Assembly: GCA_030390025.1 (NCBI GenBank)
Contig: CM059432.1
Location: 9,424,001 to 9,488,000, forward strand
DNA length: 64,000 nt
Origin: Squalus acanthias
Lineage: Eukaryota
Direction of reading: 5' to 3'
Numbering within the stretch: position 1 is the first letter of the stretch; each line of letters begins with the position of its first letter. Positions 48,232-61,752 of this stretch are shown piece by piece. The position numbers and the translations under genes are program-made. The notes under the pieces are model-generated. The model made no database searches, was not told the origin of the DNA, and saw nothing but the letters and a program-made list of their open reading frames with translations.

Positions 48232-48650
48232 GTCCCACTCCAGAGACTTGAGCACAAAAAGCTAGGCTGACACTCCCAGTGCCAGTGCTGAGGGAGTGCT
48301 GCACTGTCGGAGGTGCCGTCTTTCGGATGAGACGTTAAACCGAGGGCCCGTCTGCTCTCTGAGGTGGATGTAAAAGATCCCATGGCCACTATTTCGAAGA
48401 AGAGCAGGGGAGTTTTCCTCAGTGTCCTAGCCAATATTTATCCCTCAATCAACATAATAAAAAAAACAGATTATCTGCTCATTATCACATTGCTCTTTGT
48501 GGGAGCTTGCTGTGCTCAATTTGGCTGCCACGTTTCCTACATTACAACAGTGACTACACTTCAAAAAGTACTTCATTGGCTGTAAAGCACTTTGGGACAT
48601 TTGGTGGTCGTGAAAGGCGCTATATAAATGCGAGACTTTTTTTTTCTTTT
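48232..48650 (+). mobile_element. Deu-domain SINE (head truncated)
   Basis: Core and tail. Confidence 0.88.
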
Positions 48651-48954
48651 GTTTATGAATCTATGAAGTTTCTCTCTGTCTCCCATCCACCCCCCTCCTC
48701 CCCACTGCCCACCAAAGGATACCTGAATAAGACTCCAGAATATCCAGTGTTTAGCAACCATTATTCATCCAAGACTGGTTGCTTTCCATGGCACAGAGAC
48801 GTAAATTAGAATCACATAATGGGGTCAATACTGAGCGATAATGCCTCATAACCATCTGCCAGAGTTGCTGGCATGCTGCCCATTAATGGACAGCAAATTC
48901 TCCAATCCCTGCTGACCTTCTTGCAAACTTACAATTCTAGGCTGTTTGCCAACA

Positions 48955-49570
48955 GCAACAACTTGTATTTATATAGCGCCTTTAACGTAGTAAAACGTCC
49001 CAAGGCGCTTCACAGGAGCGATTATCAAACAAAATCTGGTACCGAGCCACAAAAGGAGATAAAAGGACAGGTTGATCAAAGAGGTGGGTTTTCAGGAGGA
49101 GGGAGAGGTAGAGAGGCGGAGAGGTTTTAGGAGAGAATTCCAGGGATCTCGGAGGGTTGTGGGGCTGGAGATGACTATAGAGATAGGGTGGGGTGAGGGG
49201 CGATTAGATTTGAAAATAATGATAGAACTTTAAAATTGAGGCATTGCCGGACCGGGAGCCAATGTAGGTCAGTGATCACAGGTTTGGCGGGTGAACTGGA
49301 GTTGGTACAAGTCAGGATACGGGCAGCAGAGTTTTGAATGAGCTTGAGTTTCTGGAGTTTGCAAGGTGGGAGGTATATATAAAGCCCTAATGAAATTGGC
49401 AAATACATCCTCTGTGACTGTGACTCTGATGCTTCACCCCTCCCAATCCTTCTCGACCTTCCTGCCATCTTTGACACGGTCGACCAGACCATCCTCCTCC
49501 AACACCACTCCTCTATTGTCCAGCTCAGTGGGACTGCCCTTGCATGGTTCTGTTCTTACCTGTCCAATCT
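48955..49570. mobile_element. L2-like LINE fragments
   Basis: KLKLIQNSAARILT...ITDLHWLPVRQ on minus; a FDTVD-type RT motif on plus near 49470. Confidence 0.7.
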
Positions 49571-49649
49571 TTCAGGCTACATTGCGAGAGACTAATGATG
49601 TATTTGCTACTTTTCTTTTAAAGGATCAGAACAAATACGAGCGAATTTT

Positions 49650-50215
49650 ATTCATTCATGGGATGTGGGCGTCACTGGCAAGGCCAGCATTTATTGCCCA
49701 TCCCTAGTTGCCCTTGAGAAGCTGGTGGTGAGCCGCCTTCTTGAACCGCTGCAGTCCATGTGGTGAAGGTACTCCCACAGTGCTGTTAGGTAGGGAGTTC
49801 CAGGATAAAAAGCTAGTATCAGTAATGGTAACCATGAAACTGTCAGATTGTCGTAAAAACCCATCTGGTTCACTAATGTCCTTTCGGGAAGGAAATCTGC
49901 CGTCCTTACCCGATCTAGCCTATATGTGACTCCAGACCCACAGCAATGTGGTTGACTCTTAACTGCCCTCTGAAATGGCCTAGCAAGCCACTCAGTTGTA
50001 ACAAACCGCTACGAAACACAATAATAAGAATGAAACCGGACGGACCACCAGTCGTCACAAAATCCTGGAACTCCCTCCCTAACAGCACTGTGGGAGTACC
50101 TTCACCACACGGACTGCAGCGGTTGAAGAAAGCAGCTCACCACCACCTTCTCAAGGCAAATAGGGATGGGCAATAAATGCTGGCCTTGCCAGCGACGCCC
50201 ACATCCCATAAAACA
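49650..50215. mobile_element. Inverted pair of LINE family B tails around another repeat core
   Basis: 49650-49806 (minus) is the reverse complement of about 50060-50210 (plus). Confidence 0.82.
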
Positions 50216-51224
50216 AATTAAAAAAAAAAACAGCAGGTCCATGCCGCTGTTTATGCTCCACACGAGCCTTCTCCCACCCCTCTTCATCTAACTCCATCGA
50301 CATATCCTTCTATTCATTTCTAGCTTCCCCTTTAATGCATCTGTGCTATTTGCCTCACCTTCTCCCTGTGGTAGCGAGTTCCACATTCTCACCACTCTCT
50401 GGGTGGAGAAGTTTCTCCTGAATTCCCTATATCAGCACCATAATTTGCACTGTGTGGCGTTCAGCACCTTAATTCTTACTGTGAACAGATCAGCGCCTTC
50501 ATTCTTACTGTGCAAAGACCTCCGTCTCCATTCACGTCCTGCGGAGTGGTCAGCAGATTTAAGACATCTTGCGAGAAACTATGTGGATTAATTTTGATAC
50601 CTCAAGAGCTCCATTGCCAATCTCAGATCTCCTGTTTAATTCCAGTGTGGCAGCAGATCTGTCATTGCTCTCAATTAGATGACTTGGAATTGGTGTGGCA
50701 CTAATTAAAATTTATTCACACAGATGGAAGAGCGGCCTGCAGCTGAACGATTTTACGAAATGTTAAGAGGTTGACAGAATGAACTTTTAGACAGACAGCT
50801 ACGTTGACTGATTTGACACTCCAGTGCATGGGCTTATTTATTTATCTGGAAACTTTTACAGCTTTAAACGTGTTAGACAAAAACAATGATTTTTGTTTAA
50901 GCAGCTGAAAATCTTAGTTATCCCCACTGAGATCAATTAGATTGCTATCGTTCCGCGCATGGCATGCCGACTGGAGTTTCAGATGCAGAAATCACATTGG
51001 ACTCTATATGGTCATTAATTATGAATGTGTAATTCCTGAACAAAACCAAAGCACTGTGAAACCTTGTTAGTATAAACTCCATTACTGCAGATATCTTTGT
51101 TCGAACAAGCATTCCATCACACCCTGTTATTGTGATTAGTAAAGGAGGTTAAACATGGCATTCTTGCAAACCTGGTGCTGGAACTTCTAGTAATTCTTCT
51201 GCCATTTTAGGGTGTTTTACTAAA

Positions 51225-51770
51225 CCTGTATAAATCACTGGTTCAGCCCCGGCTGGAGTATTGTGTTCAATCCTGGGCACCGCACTTTAGGAAGGATGTC
51301 AAGGCCACGGAGAGGTCGCAGAGAAGATTAACTAGAATGGTTCCAGGGATGAGGGACTTCAGTTATGTGGATAGACTGGAGAAGCTGGGATTGTTCTCCT
51401 TAGAGCAGAGAAGGTTAAGGGGAGATTTGATAGAGGTGTTCAAAATCATGAATGGTTTTGATAGAGTAAATAAGGAGAGACTGTCAGGAGAGTCGGTAAC
51501 CAGAGGACACAGATTTAAGAGAATTGGCAAAAGGACCAGAGGGGAGATGAGGAGAATTTTTTTTACTCAGCGAGCTGTTGTGATCTGGAATGCGCGGCCT
51601 GAAAGGGTGGTGGAAGCAGATTCAATTGTAACTTTCAAAAGGGAATTGGATAAATACCTGAAGTGGGAAACTTTGCAGGGCTATGGGGAAAGAGCAGGGG
51701 TGAGTGGGATTAATTGAATAGCTCTTTCAAAGAGCACGATGGGCTGAGTGGCCTCCTTCTGTGCTGTATC
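51225..51770 (+). mobile_element. CR1 3' fragment
   Basis: ORF 51337-51717. Confidence 0.88.
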
Positions 51771-52244
51771 ATCATTCTGTGATAACAGCAAGACAGAGGC
51801 AAAGGCAAACTATTACAAGGCAGATACCTCACAAAATTAACCTCGGTGATTTCTGAGACACAAGGACTTAGAGACTTTGTACTGAGGTTCCAATGTGCAA
51901 GACAAAATCTAATGTACACTGATGTTGATTTAGCCTCTGATTGTGAAGCTTGATATCTTGAGAATATTTGCATTTATATCGGGCCCTTCACAACAGAATC
52001 TGAAGTCTCAAAGTGCTTCTTTACACAGTGAGTTACTTTGTGGGGAGCACTGACTGTTGTTATGCAGGTGAATGGAGCAACCATTCTATGTCAGCAATGC
52101 CCCACAACTAGCCATGAGAGGAAGAAGATAGCATTGGCAGGACATGTTCACTGGCACTGATCTGCTCTTATCTGTCATGATCCAACATCGATAAAAAAAA
52201 ACCACAGATTGTCTGCTCATTATCTCATTGACCACTTTGACAGT

Positions 52245-52522
52245 AGCCGTAAAAGATCCCATGGCACTATTGGAAGAAGAGCAAAGGGAGTTCTCCCCGG
52301 TGTCCTGGCTAATATTTATCCCTCAACCAACATCACTAAGAAACAGATTATCCGGTCATGAGCACATTGCTGTTTGTGGGAGCTTGCTGTGCGCAAATTG
52401 GCTGCCACGTTTCCTACATTACAACAGAGACTACACTTCAAAAAGTATAGAATTGGCTGTGAAGTGCGTCGAGGTGTCCTTAGGTCATGAAAAATGCTAC
52501 ATAAATGCAAGACTTTCTTTTT
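52245..52522 (+). mobile_element. Deu-domain SINE, 3' part
   Basis: Core from gtaaaagatcccatggc to the tail. Confidence 0.82.
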
Positions 52523-53069
52523 TTCCGCAGCGCAAGGAATATTAAATGAAGCTTATATAATTTGTCTTCATTCTCGTGCATGGAGTATTGCTGTATAATG
52601 GATTGGTGGGTAGTAGTGCATATGGTGTATAATGGAGCCTTCACAATAATGAAATTAGAGTGGTCTCTCAGAGTCTGTATTTTGGATTATTTGTATTTGA
52701 ATTGGAATGATGGCAAATAAATGCTCCCTAGTTTTTTTTAACTGCAAATCCATTCTTTCACTTGGCAACTTAATTGTTAATTTGTGGCAAACCAGCATTT
52801 TTTTTCAAATTTAAATTGTTATCATTGTATCCACAATGCCCTGTGATTTAATCTAATTATAGCTTTTTGTATTCATGTCAAAGTCATAAAGCATCTAACA
52901 GTTATTCAGGTGGAATTATTGAAAGCTGCTGTATGCCTTTCCCAACAATCTACATGTTGTTTGCAAGCGATTTGCATGGATTATGGGACCTTCTTTGCCT
53001 AATTTTTGGAGATTGCTTGAGATTTGCACATAAATTACTAATTCTGCGTCACCGGCATAATCACTGCTC

Positions 53070-53705
53070 CCATTTTCTCAGGCAGCGAGTGCTGGTAATG
53101 GCTGTGCTGTTGCCATTTACAGCTCCTCTGGATCCGTCTTTTATGGCTTTACTTGTCCCATTACCAACCACTTTTGCCTTGCACCATCATCCCTTTAGTC
53201 ATTTAATCTCTCCTCCCTTCCACCCTATCACAGACCTTTCCTTTTGTTCTCCTCCCCCTCAACCACCCCCGCCCCGCCACACCTTTTCCCTGGCTCTGCA
53301 CTTGCTTATAAACTGTTAAATCTTTAACTTTTTCCAGTTCTGATGAAAGGTCATCAGGCTGAAAGGTTACGGCCCCGATTTTAACTCCAGGTGGATTCCT
53401 CGCTCAGGCCCCAAGTTAAAATTACGGTCGGGTCTCAATGATGTCATCGGGCCGCAACATGCATATGTAAAGAAGGACCCTGTTGGCGGGTGTCCTTGCT
53501 GCCCGCTCAGGAGAGCAGGTTAAAATTGCAGAAGTTGCGATCGTGGCGGATTTTGGACAGGTAAGAGCCCAGGGCGATTTTAACTGCCCACCCGCCAGGT
53601 TTCTGCTGAGCCAGTAGGGGTTAAAATCGGCCCCAACGTTAACTCTGCTTCTCTGTCCACAGATGCTGCCTGAGCTGCTGAGTGTTTCCACCATTTTCTG
53701 TTCTT
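53070..53705 (+). mobile_element. Penelope family 2 3' tail interrupted by a MITE
   Basis: Homologous to 61400-61750; degenerate hammerhead at 53336-53370. Confidence 0.78.
53371..53634. mobile_element. Harbinger-type MITE
   Basis: TIRs GGCCCCGATTTTAAC / GTTAAAATCGGCCCC (13/15); flanks TAC / AAC. Confidence 0.78.
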
Positions 53706-53894
53706 ATTCCTGATTTTCCACAGATTGGTTTTAGCAACCAGAGAATCAAGAGCACTCCAACCTTCGGCTCTCATTCTCTGATCTGCACCACTGGTGAGCA
53801 AAGGCCCTGCACAAGGACTGGAATCTTTCAAAATCTACTCAACAGTGTAGCAAAAAAATAAGAAACACATAATACAAGAGATGGTTTTTTTTCA

Positions 53895-54945
53895 ATCGTT
53901 CCTGGGATGTGGGTGTCGCTGGCAAGGCCAGCATTTATTGCCCATCCCTAACTGCCCTTGAGAAGGTGGTGGTGAGCCGCCTTGAACCGCTGCAGTCCGT
54001 GTGGTGAAGGTACTCCCACAGTGCTGTTAGGGAGGGAGTTCCAGGATTTTGACCCAGCGACGATGAAGGATCGACGATATATTTCCAAGTCAGGATGGTG
54101 TGTGACTTGGAGGTGAACTTGGAGGTGGTGGTGTTCCCATGCGCTTGCTGCCCTTGTCCTTCTAGGTGGAAGAGGTCGCGGGTTTGGGAGGGGCTGCCGA
54201 AGAAGCCTTGGCGAGTTCCTGCAGTGCATCTTGTAGATGGTACACACTGCAGCCACGGTGCGCCGGTGCTGCAGGGAGTGAATGTTTAAGGTGGTGGATG
54301 GGGTTCCAATCAAGTGGGCAGCTTTGTCCTGGATGGTATCGAGCTTCATGAGTGTTGTTGGAGCTGCACTCATCCAGGCAAGTGGAAAGTATTCCATCAC
54401 ACTCCTTACATGTGCCTTGTAGATGGTAGAAAGGCTTTGGGGAGTCAGGAGGTGAGACACTCGCCGCAGAATACCCAACATTGCAGAGCTAATTAATGTT
54501 AATGACCTGCTCTTGTTGCCATAGTATTTATGTGGCTGGTCCAGTTAAGTTTCTGGTCAATGGTGACCCCCAGGATATTGATGGTGGGGGATTCGGTGAT
54601 GGTAATGCCGTTGAATGTCAAGGGGCGGTGATTAGACTCTCGCTTGTTGGAGATAGTCATTGCCTGGCACTTGTGTGGCGCGAATGTTACCTGCCACTTA
54701 TCAACCCAAGCCTGAACGTCGTCCAGGTCTTGTTGCATGCAGGCATGGACTGCTTCATTTATCTGAGGAGATGCGAATGGCACTGAACACTGTGCAGTCA
54801 TCAGCGAACATCCCCACTTCTGACCTTATGATGGAGGGAATGTAATTGATGAAGCAGCTGAAGATGGTTGGGCCTGGGACACTGCCCTGAGGAACTCCTG
54901 CAGCGATATCCTGGGGCTTTGATGTTTGACCTTCAACCACCACAA
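53895..54945 (-). mobile_element. LINE family B 3' fragment
   Basis: PQGSVPGP...FADD through to the tail. Confidence 0.9.
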
Positions 54946-55444
54946 GCATGCTTCTGAAACATTTATCATCATATACGCTACTTATGTTAAAAAGAGATAT
55001 CACAACAGGTAATACTGTTGATTAAAGAGCATTAAAAAGAATAATAGGGTTAAATTATGAGGACAGGTTGCACAGACTAGGGTGGTATTCCTTTGACTAT
55101 TATGGGGTGATCTAATTGAGGTGTTTAAAATGATTAAAGGAGATTATAGGGTAGATAGAGAGAAATTATTTCCTCTGGTGGGGGGAGTCCAGAACAAGGG
55201 GGCAAAGCCTAAAAATTAGAGCTAGGCCATTCAGGGGGTGATGTCAGGAAGCACTTCTTCACACAAAGGGGAGTGGAAATCTGCAACTCTCTTCCCGTGG
55301 AGTTATGTGCTCAAGTCCTGGAGTGGGACTTGAACCAACAATCTTCTGACTCAGAGGTGAGAGTGCTACCAACTGCGTCAAGCTGGCATCAAATTGAATG
55401 AATATATGCACAGCCCGTGTAAACCCATTCCCTAAACAGAGTGA

Positions 55445-55899
55445 ATATCCAGGACAAAGCAGCCCGCTTGATCGGCACCCCATTCACCACATCGAACATT
55501 CACTCCCTCCACCACCGGCGCACCGTGGCTGCAGTGTGTACCATCTACAAGATGCACTGCAGCAACTCGCTAAGGCTTCTTCGGCAGCACCTCCCAAACC
55601 CGCGACCTCTTCCACCTAGAAGGACAAGGGCAGCAGGCGCAAGGGAACACCACCACCTCCAAGTTCCCCTCCAAGTCACACACCATCTGACTTAGAAGTA
55701 TATCGCCAATCCTTCACCGTCGCTGGGTCAAAATCCTGGAACTCCCTACCTAACAGCACTGTGGGAGTACCTTCACCACACGGACTGCAGCGGTTCAAGA
55801 AGGCGGCTCACCACCACCTTCTCAAGGGCAACTGGGGATGGGCAATAAATGCTGGCCTTGCCAGCGACACCCACATCCCAAGAATGAACAAAAAAAAAA
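55445..55899 (+). mobile_element. LINE family B 3' fragment
   Basis: IQDKAARLIG...; tail ends in an A run. Confidence 0.9.
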
Positions 55900-55928
55900 G
55901 ATAAATGTAATTTGGGGAAGCTCCATAC

Positions 55929-56050
55929 CTTGCCATGGTTGGTGTTTTCACAAACAAATGTTTCATATTCCATTGGGAATTCAGGGGCATTGTCATTGAC
56001 ATCCACCAAGCTAATGAGAACAAAGCCTCTTCCGATCTGTGCAGGGTTCT
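55929..56050 (-). CDS. cdh7: Cadherin-7 coding exon (EC4/EC5 linker)
   Basis: tacag|AG AAC CCT...GGC AAG|gtatgg; 122 bp; (Q)NPAQIGRGFVLISLVDVNDNAPEFPMEYETFVCENTNHGK with the DxNDNxP calcium-binding motif. Phase matches the previous exon. Confidence 0.95.
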
Positions 56051-56378
56051 CTGTACAAAGGATAAAACACAGTCAAGAAAAGATTAATGTATGTAGTTAC
56101 ATTATTTTCACAAGGTTTCTTTTTTTAATGTTTGTTTCTAATCATGCGAACGGAAACAGAACAGGCTTAGAAAATAGCAGAATAAATTAGAGTGAGCCAT
56201 TAGGAAAGTGACAACACGAGCTCAGACTTCTGGCCCAGTATGACTTTAATGACTTCCTAGGAATATAATAATCATAAGAATGAACACAAAAACCAACACC
56301 TGAGACACACATGCTTTGTGGCCTAGTTGAACAACTCACGTACTTCGCCACCATCCTTCACTGTACTCCAAAACACTA

Positions 56379-58033
56379 GGGACTGGAGTTTCCGCGTCTC
56401 TTTACGCCACGATATCAGCGCAATCTGGGCGGAATCGACTGAAATAGCGCAGAAGATCGCGGGATTTAAAATGCGAGCGAGTTACGCCCATAAGCACTTA
56501 CGCTCGAGTTTCCGAGATCTTTTCCGCGTAGTTCAAAAGACAATTCGCCCGAAGCAGTCCCCCATCCACAAAACCGGCCAGGCTCCCCCCCGCCCCCCAG
56601 GTCGGCACGGCGGGTTTCCGCCGATTGCGCACGTTCGAGGGGTGTTCATCGCATTGCGCCCAGAACCTCGGGCGCACAGGCCCCCGTGGTCGCATTATTC
56701 CTTCGCTAATAATGTACACCTGCAGTGCCCAGCAGTCAACTGCAGCCTCACTGAGGTCTGGTTCTTGCACCATGGCTACAATTATTTTAAATTGCCTCAA
56801 ATTACTTTCAACTTAGTTTAAATGAGTTCAAATTCAATCAATGAATCTGCCCTTGGCAAGGACCTGTGACCAGTCATCAATTGAAACCACTGACTGACCT
56901 TGGTTCTTCAGCAGCAACAATTACTTGAACACATTTTCATTTTAAATTTAGTTTAATTCAGTAATCTTGAGGCCCCGTTACCCTTGTTCTGGTCAGTAAT
57001 CGACTAGGCCCGATAATGCTGCTCGACTGCGCTGGCTCATGGGAGATTTTACCTCCGGGCATGTGCAAAGGAGTTTGCGCGGAGCCCCGGGGAGTAACTT
57101 CACCCTCGGCCAAACCGCCGCAGTGTCCAGCGCATTCCCGGTGCATTTTTTCCCCCGACAGCCCGCCCACCCTCCCCCCCACCCCTCCCTGCCCCGAGCA
57201 GAAACTCCGGACCTTTGCTCCCCATTCAAGAGTAGGAGTTGCCTTTCGACCAGACGTGTCAGCTCGCGGCTGCTGTGGCCCACGGCAGAGGGGCAGACCC
57301 TACGCCATTTCTGGTGCACACATAGGAGTGGCGCTCTGGTTGCCCACCCGTACTCTGAATCGTCGGAGGGGTTTTCATTTTAACCTAATTCGCCAGGCAG
57401 GAGGCCTGTGGGATCGGGCGGAAAGCCGGTTTTACACACCGCCCAATATATTACCCTCCCCTCGGCTTCAAAGATCAAGCGGGGGGTATAAAACCAGTGC
57501 TGCGCCCGATCCCGTCAGGGTTAGGTCAAAATTGCACCCCCCTCCCCCGCCCGTTAGTTTTCAGATTTTGTTTCAGAAACTCTAAAATGTAGGCAATCCG
57601 GACCATTTTGGGAAAAAAGTAAGTTGAGGAGCAAGTTAAGAGAGAGCGGACAACGGATCCCATGGGCAGAAATGGACACTTTAATAGTTCCGCCCCCCAC
57701 CCAGGCCAGAAATAAAGAAAGGACATCTGAGAAGCACATCTCCTCCCAGCGCAAGAGCCAGACAAAATCCATCGAGTCCAATAAATGCAAAGAAGATGGC
57801 TCTCTAAGGTTAAAAGATGACAATTCTCCGCCCCACGCCAGGAGCTGCTGACGGTAGCTGGGTGGTATTACTGCCAATTATAACGGCAGTCGATCAGCGG
57901 TGATAAACTAGCAACACCGCCAGTCTCAGGACCGCATCGTCCGGCAACACTGGAGCACTGGGGAGGGGTCGGCCAGACAGCAAAGGTTGTGGGTCAACTA
58001 TCCAGAGATCAAGGCCAAAGGAAATTCCAGTTT
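56379..58033. mobile_element. GC-rich DNA transposon remnant(s), Harbinger-type ends
   Basis: GGACTGGAGTTTC at 56380 has inverted matches at 57201-57213 and about 58020-58033; CpG-rich; boundaries uncertain. Confidence 0.45.
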
Positions 58034-58997
58034 ATCACAAAGCATGGTAGCTAAAGCTAGCTCTCTCGGTGTCGGGTAAAGCCCCGAGTCCTGTACTGTG
58101 CAGGATACAGGTCCAGAGAGAGGCATCACTGAAGTAGCTGTAAAGTTAACCAAAAAAAAATATATAACATTTCGGAAAACGCTTTACAAGTGGGCAGCCT
58201 ACATGATCATTGCTTATGGGCAAAAGAAAAAGTTCACTGCAAAGGGTGAAATTCAGTAAATGGAGAGTTTGTTACTTAGGTTTATTATTTCAGTGCAGGC
58301 TTTGGGTAGCAGTGGCACTCTCCTTGGCAACGGAAATAGTAAATCTAACTTTTTACATTGCCCGAGGGAAAATAATGACCCGCACTACAAGCTTGCGAAA
58401 CATGAATATAAACAGCTTCCCTTTGTACATGAGATGGTAATTTGGCAATGTGTCTGGGCGCAGATTAAGTAGGGAGGGGAAAAATGACCAAGTGTTTCAA
58501 AGTTAAAAGCGCTGCCGATGATTTAAAGGAAGAAACCTATTCAGATCAGAATCTCCGAACTGGAGCAATTATTTTTTGGGCGGGGGGGGGAACAAATTTA
58601 AATGAAGTGGTTTGGAGCTTAAACACTTGACGTTTGGTTCAGTGTCGCCAAGTGCCGTTTACGTTTACCCTGCTGTACACTTAGTGCATCCAGTCTAGAT
58701 CGTCTAGTCTTGGTCATCTGCTGTATCAACTTAAATCAGGTGGCCAGAAGCTTAAAGTGGGTGGGAATTCCACACTGCTGGAACCTGAGCACCCACCTCA
58801 ATTTCCAACTGGTCGGCTGTATTGTTATGGCAACATCATACGTTCCATGTTCCATCATTTCCACACAGTAAAACGATATGGAATTCACCACACAGAAACA
58901 GGCCATTCGGCCCAATTGGCCTGTGCCGGTGTTTATGCTCCACACCGAGTCTCCTCCCACCCTCATCTCACCCTATTAACATCTCCTTCTATTCCTT

Positions 58998-59425
58998 TGG
59001 ACTCAACATCGAGTTCAACAATTTCAGACCATAACCTCAGCCCCTATCATTATTTTTTTTTCTCTCTCTCCCACATGGCAGCTGTCGATCATTCTGCCAT
59101 TGCCATTTACACCTCATCTAGAGTCATCTTTGGTTTCTTAACTTGTCCCATTACCATCTCCTTTTGCCTTGCACCATCATCCCTTTTGTCTCTTAATCTC
59201 TCCTGCCTTCCATCCTATCACAGACCTTCCCATTTGTTCTTTCCTCCCCTCCTCCCTTTCCCTGCCCCTACACTTGCTTAAAAAACCTGTTCCATCTCCA
59301 GCTTTTTCCAGTTCTGACGAAGGGTCGTCGACCTGAAACATTAACTCTGTTTCTCTCTCCACAGATGCTGCCTGACCTGCGGAGTATTTCAGATTTCCAG
59401 CATCCGCACTATTTGGCTTTTGTAC
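58998..59425 (+). mobile_element. Penelope family 2 3' tail nested in a CR1 tail; hammerhead motif at 59310-59346
   Basis: AGTT CTGACGA A GGGTC-GTC-GACCT GAAA CA TT AACT. Confidence 0.8.
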
Positions 59426-60479
59426 TTCTGTCCCTGTCTCCCCTCGTGTACTTGTCTAGCTTCCCCTTGAGTGCATCTATGCTTGTCGCCTCAGCAGCGA
59501 GTTCCACATGCTAACCGCTCGCTGGGTCAGCCAAACTGTCTTGGGGCTTTTGTGTCTCTTTAAGTTGGCCTCCCACCACTTCTGGTGCCAAGGCGGATCC
59601 ACTGGTGGGAATCCCGCCTGGAGCCCGCCACGCATATACAAAGACCACCCGGTCCAGAGAAATGGGCTGGGGTCATGGTGCCATGCAGAATACCTGGCCC
59701 AACATTTCTGGACAGGAAAATAAAAATGGCGCCCGACTTATCACGTTCCGGTTGCCCTTTGGACTCTAACTTTATTTGAAGGCTCCATATCCCATCGAAT
59801 GGGTATAAACTGCTTCAACAACAATACCAATCGCAGTAGAACGTGACCTTCCATTACGTGTGTGTGCAGAAGCTGTACTAAATAGCATAAGAACATAAGA
59901 AATAGGAACAGGAGTAGGCCATTCGGCCCCTCGAGCCTACTCCGCTATTCAATAAGATCATGGCTGATCTGATCTTGGCCTCAACTCCACTTTCCCTGCC
60001 CGCTCCTCATAACCCTTGACTCCCCTGTAGCTCAAATATCTGTCTATCTCAGCCTTGAATATATTCACTGACTCAGCATCATCAGTATTTTTTCTTAATT
60101 GATTTGTTGATGAAATTTTGCTGTTATTTTATGTTGCATTATTCATTTCAAAACATAAACTTGTCTTTACAGTTCATTACAGCAAGAACAAAAAGCCATT
60201 TGAATTAATGAACTGGCAAATTGTCAGTGGGTTCAATTTCCACTTCAGAGACCTCAGCACAAAATCTAGGCTGACTCTCCCAGTGCAGCACAGGGGGGAG
60301 TGCTGCACTGTCGGAGGTGCCGTCTTTCGGATGAGACGTTAAACCGAGGCCCTGTCTGCTCTCTCAGGTGGACAAAAAAGATCCCATGGCATAATTTCGT
60401 AGAAGAGCAGGGGAGTTATCCCCGGTGTCCTGGACAATATTAATCCCTCAATTAGCATCACTAAAATAGATGACGTGGC

Positions 60480-61752
60480 CATTTATTTCACCAGGCTATC
60501 GACCAACATCCGCTATAAGCCCACTAACTCCCACAGCTACCTTGGCTACACTCCCTCCTACCTCGCTTCCTGTAAGGACTCTATTCCATTCTCCCAGTTT
60601 CTGCATCTCTGTTGCATCTGTTCTGACGATGCCACCTTCCATACTAATGATTCCGATATGTCTTCCTTTTTCCTCAACCCAGGATTCCCCTCTACCATGG
60701 TTGACAGGGCCCTCAATCATGTCCATTCCATTTCCCGCACTTCTGCTCTCACCCCTTCCCCTCCCCTCCCTCCCAGAACCACGATAGGGTTCCCCTTGTC
60801 CTCACCTTTCACCCCACCAACCTCCACATTCAACGGATCATTCTCCGCCATTTCACCTCCAGCGAGATCCCACCACCAAACACATCTTCACCTCCCCTCC
60901 CCTTTCAGCATTCCGAAGGGCCCATTCCCTCTGCGACACCCTGGTCGACTCCTCAATCACCCCCTCCCCTTTCCACGGCACCTTCCCATGCAAGCGCAGG
61001 AGATGCAACACATGCCCTTTTACCTCCTCCCTTCTCATTGTCCAGGGCCCCAAACACTCCTTCCAGATGAAACAGTGATTTACCTGTACTTCTTGCAATT
61101 TAGTATACTGGATTCACTGCTCACGATGCAGTCTCCTCTACATTGGGGAGACCAAACGCAGATTGGGTGACCACTTTGCAGAACACCTCCATTGAGTCCG
61201 CAAGCGTGACCCCGAGATTCCGGTGGCCTGTCACTTTAATTCTCTGCTCCACTCCCACTCAGACCTCTCTGTCCTCGGCCTCTTACACTGTTCCAATGAA
61301 GCTCAATGTAAGCTCGAGGAACAGCACCTCATCTCTCAATCAGGCACTTTACAGCCTTCTGGACTCAACATCGAGTTCAACAATTTCAGACCATAACCTC
61401 TGCCCCTATTTTTTCAGATGGCAGCTGTGGATGATTCTGCTATTCCAATTTACACCTCTTCTCGACTCATCTTTTGTTTCTTTACTAGTCCCATTACCAT
61501 CTCCTTTTGCTTTACACCATCATCCCTTTTGTCATTTAATCTCTCCTGCCTTCCACCCTATCACAGACCTTCCCTTTTGTTCTTTACTCCCCTCCCCCTT
61601 TCCCTGCCTCTGCACTTGCTTAAAACTTGTTACAGCTCCAACTTTTTCCAGTTCTGACGAAGGGTCATCGACCTGAAACGTTAACTCTGTTTCTCTCTCT
61701 CCACGGACGCTGCCTGACCTGCTGAGCGTCTCCAGCATTTTCTGTTTTTATT
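60480..61752 (+). mobile_element. Penelope family 2 (RT C-terminus, GIY-YIG, 3' tail) inserted in a Deu-domain SINE (about 60225-60470 and 61763-61921)
   Basis: YKPTNSHSYL...SIPFSQFL...ICSD; YIGETKRRLGDHFAEHL near 61140. Confidence 0.88.
61650..61686 (+). ncRNA. Minimal type I hammerhead ribozyme motif (Penelope family 2)
   Basis: AGTT CTGACGA A GGGTC-ATC-GACCT GAAA CG TT AACT: stem I AGTT/AACT, palindromic ACGT. Confidence 0.78.

Noticed and set aside
56498..58030. CpG-island promoter or nested gene in the cdh7 intron
   Set aside because: The ORFs have no recognisable domain and TIR-like ends suggest transposon origin. Not fully excluded.
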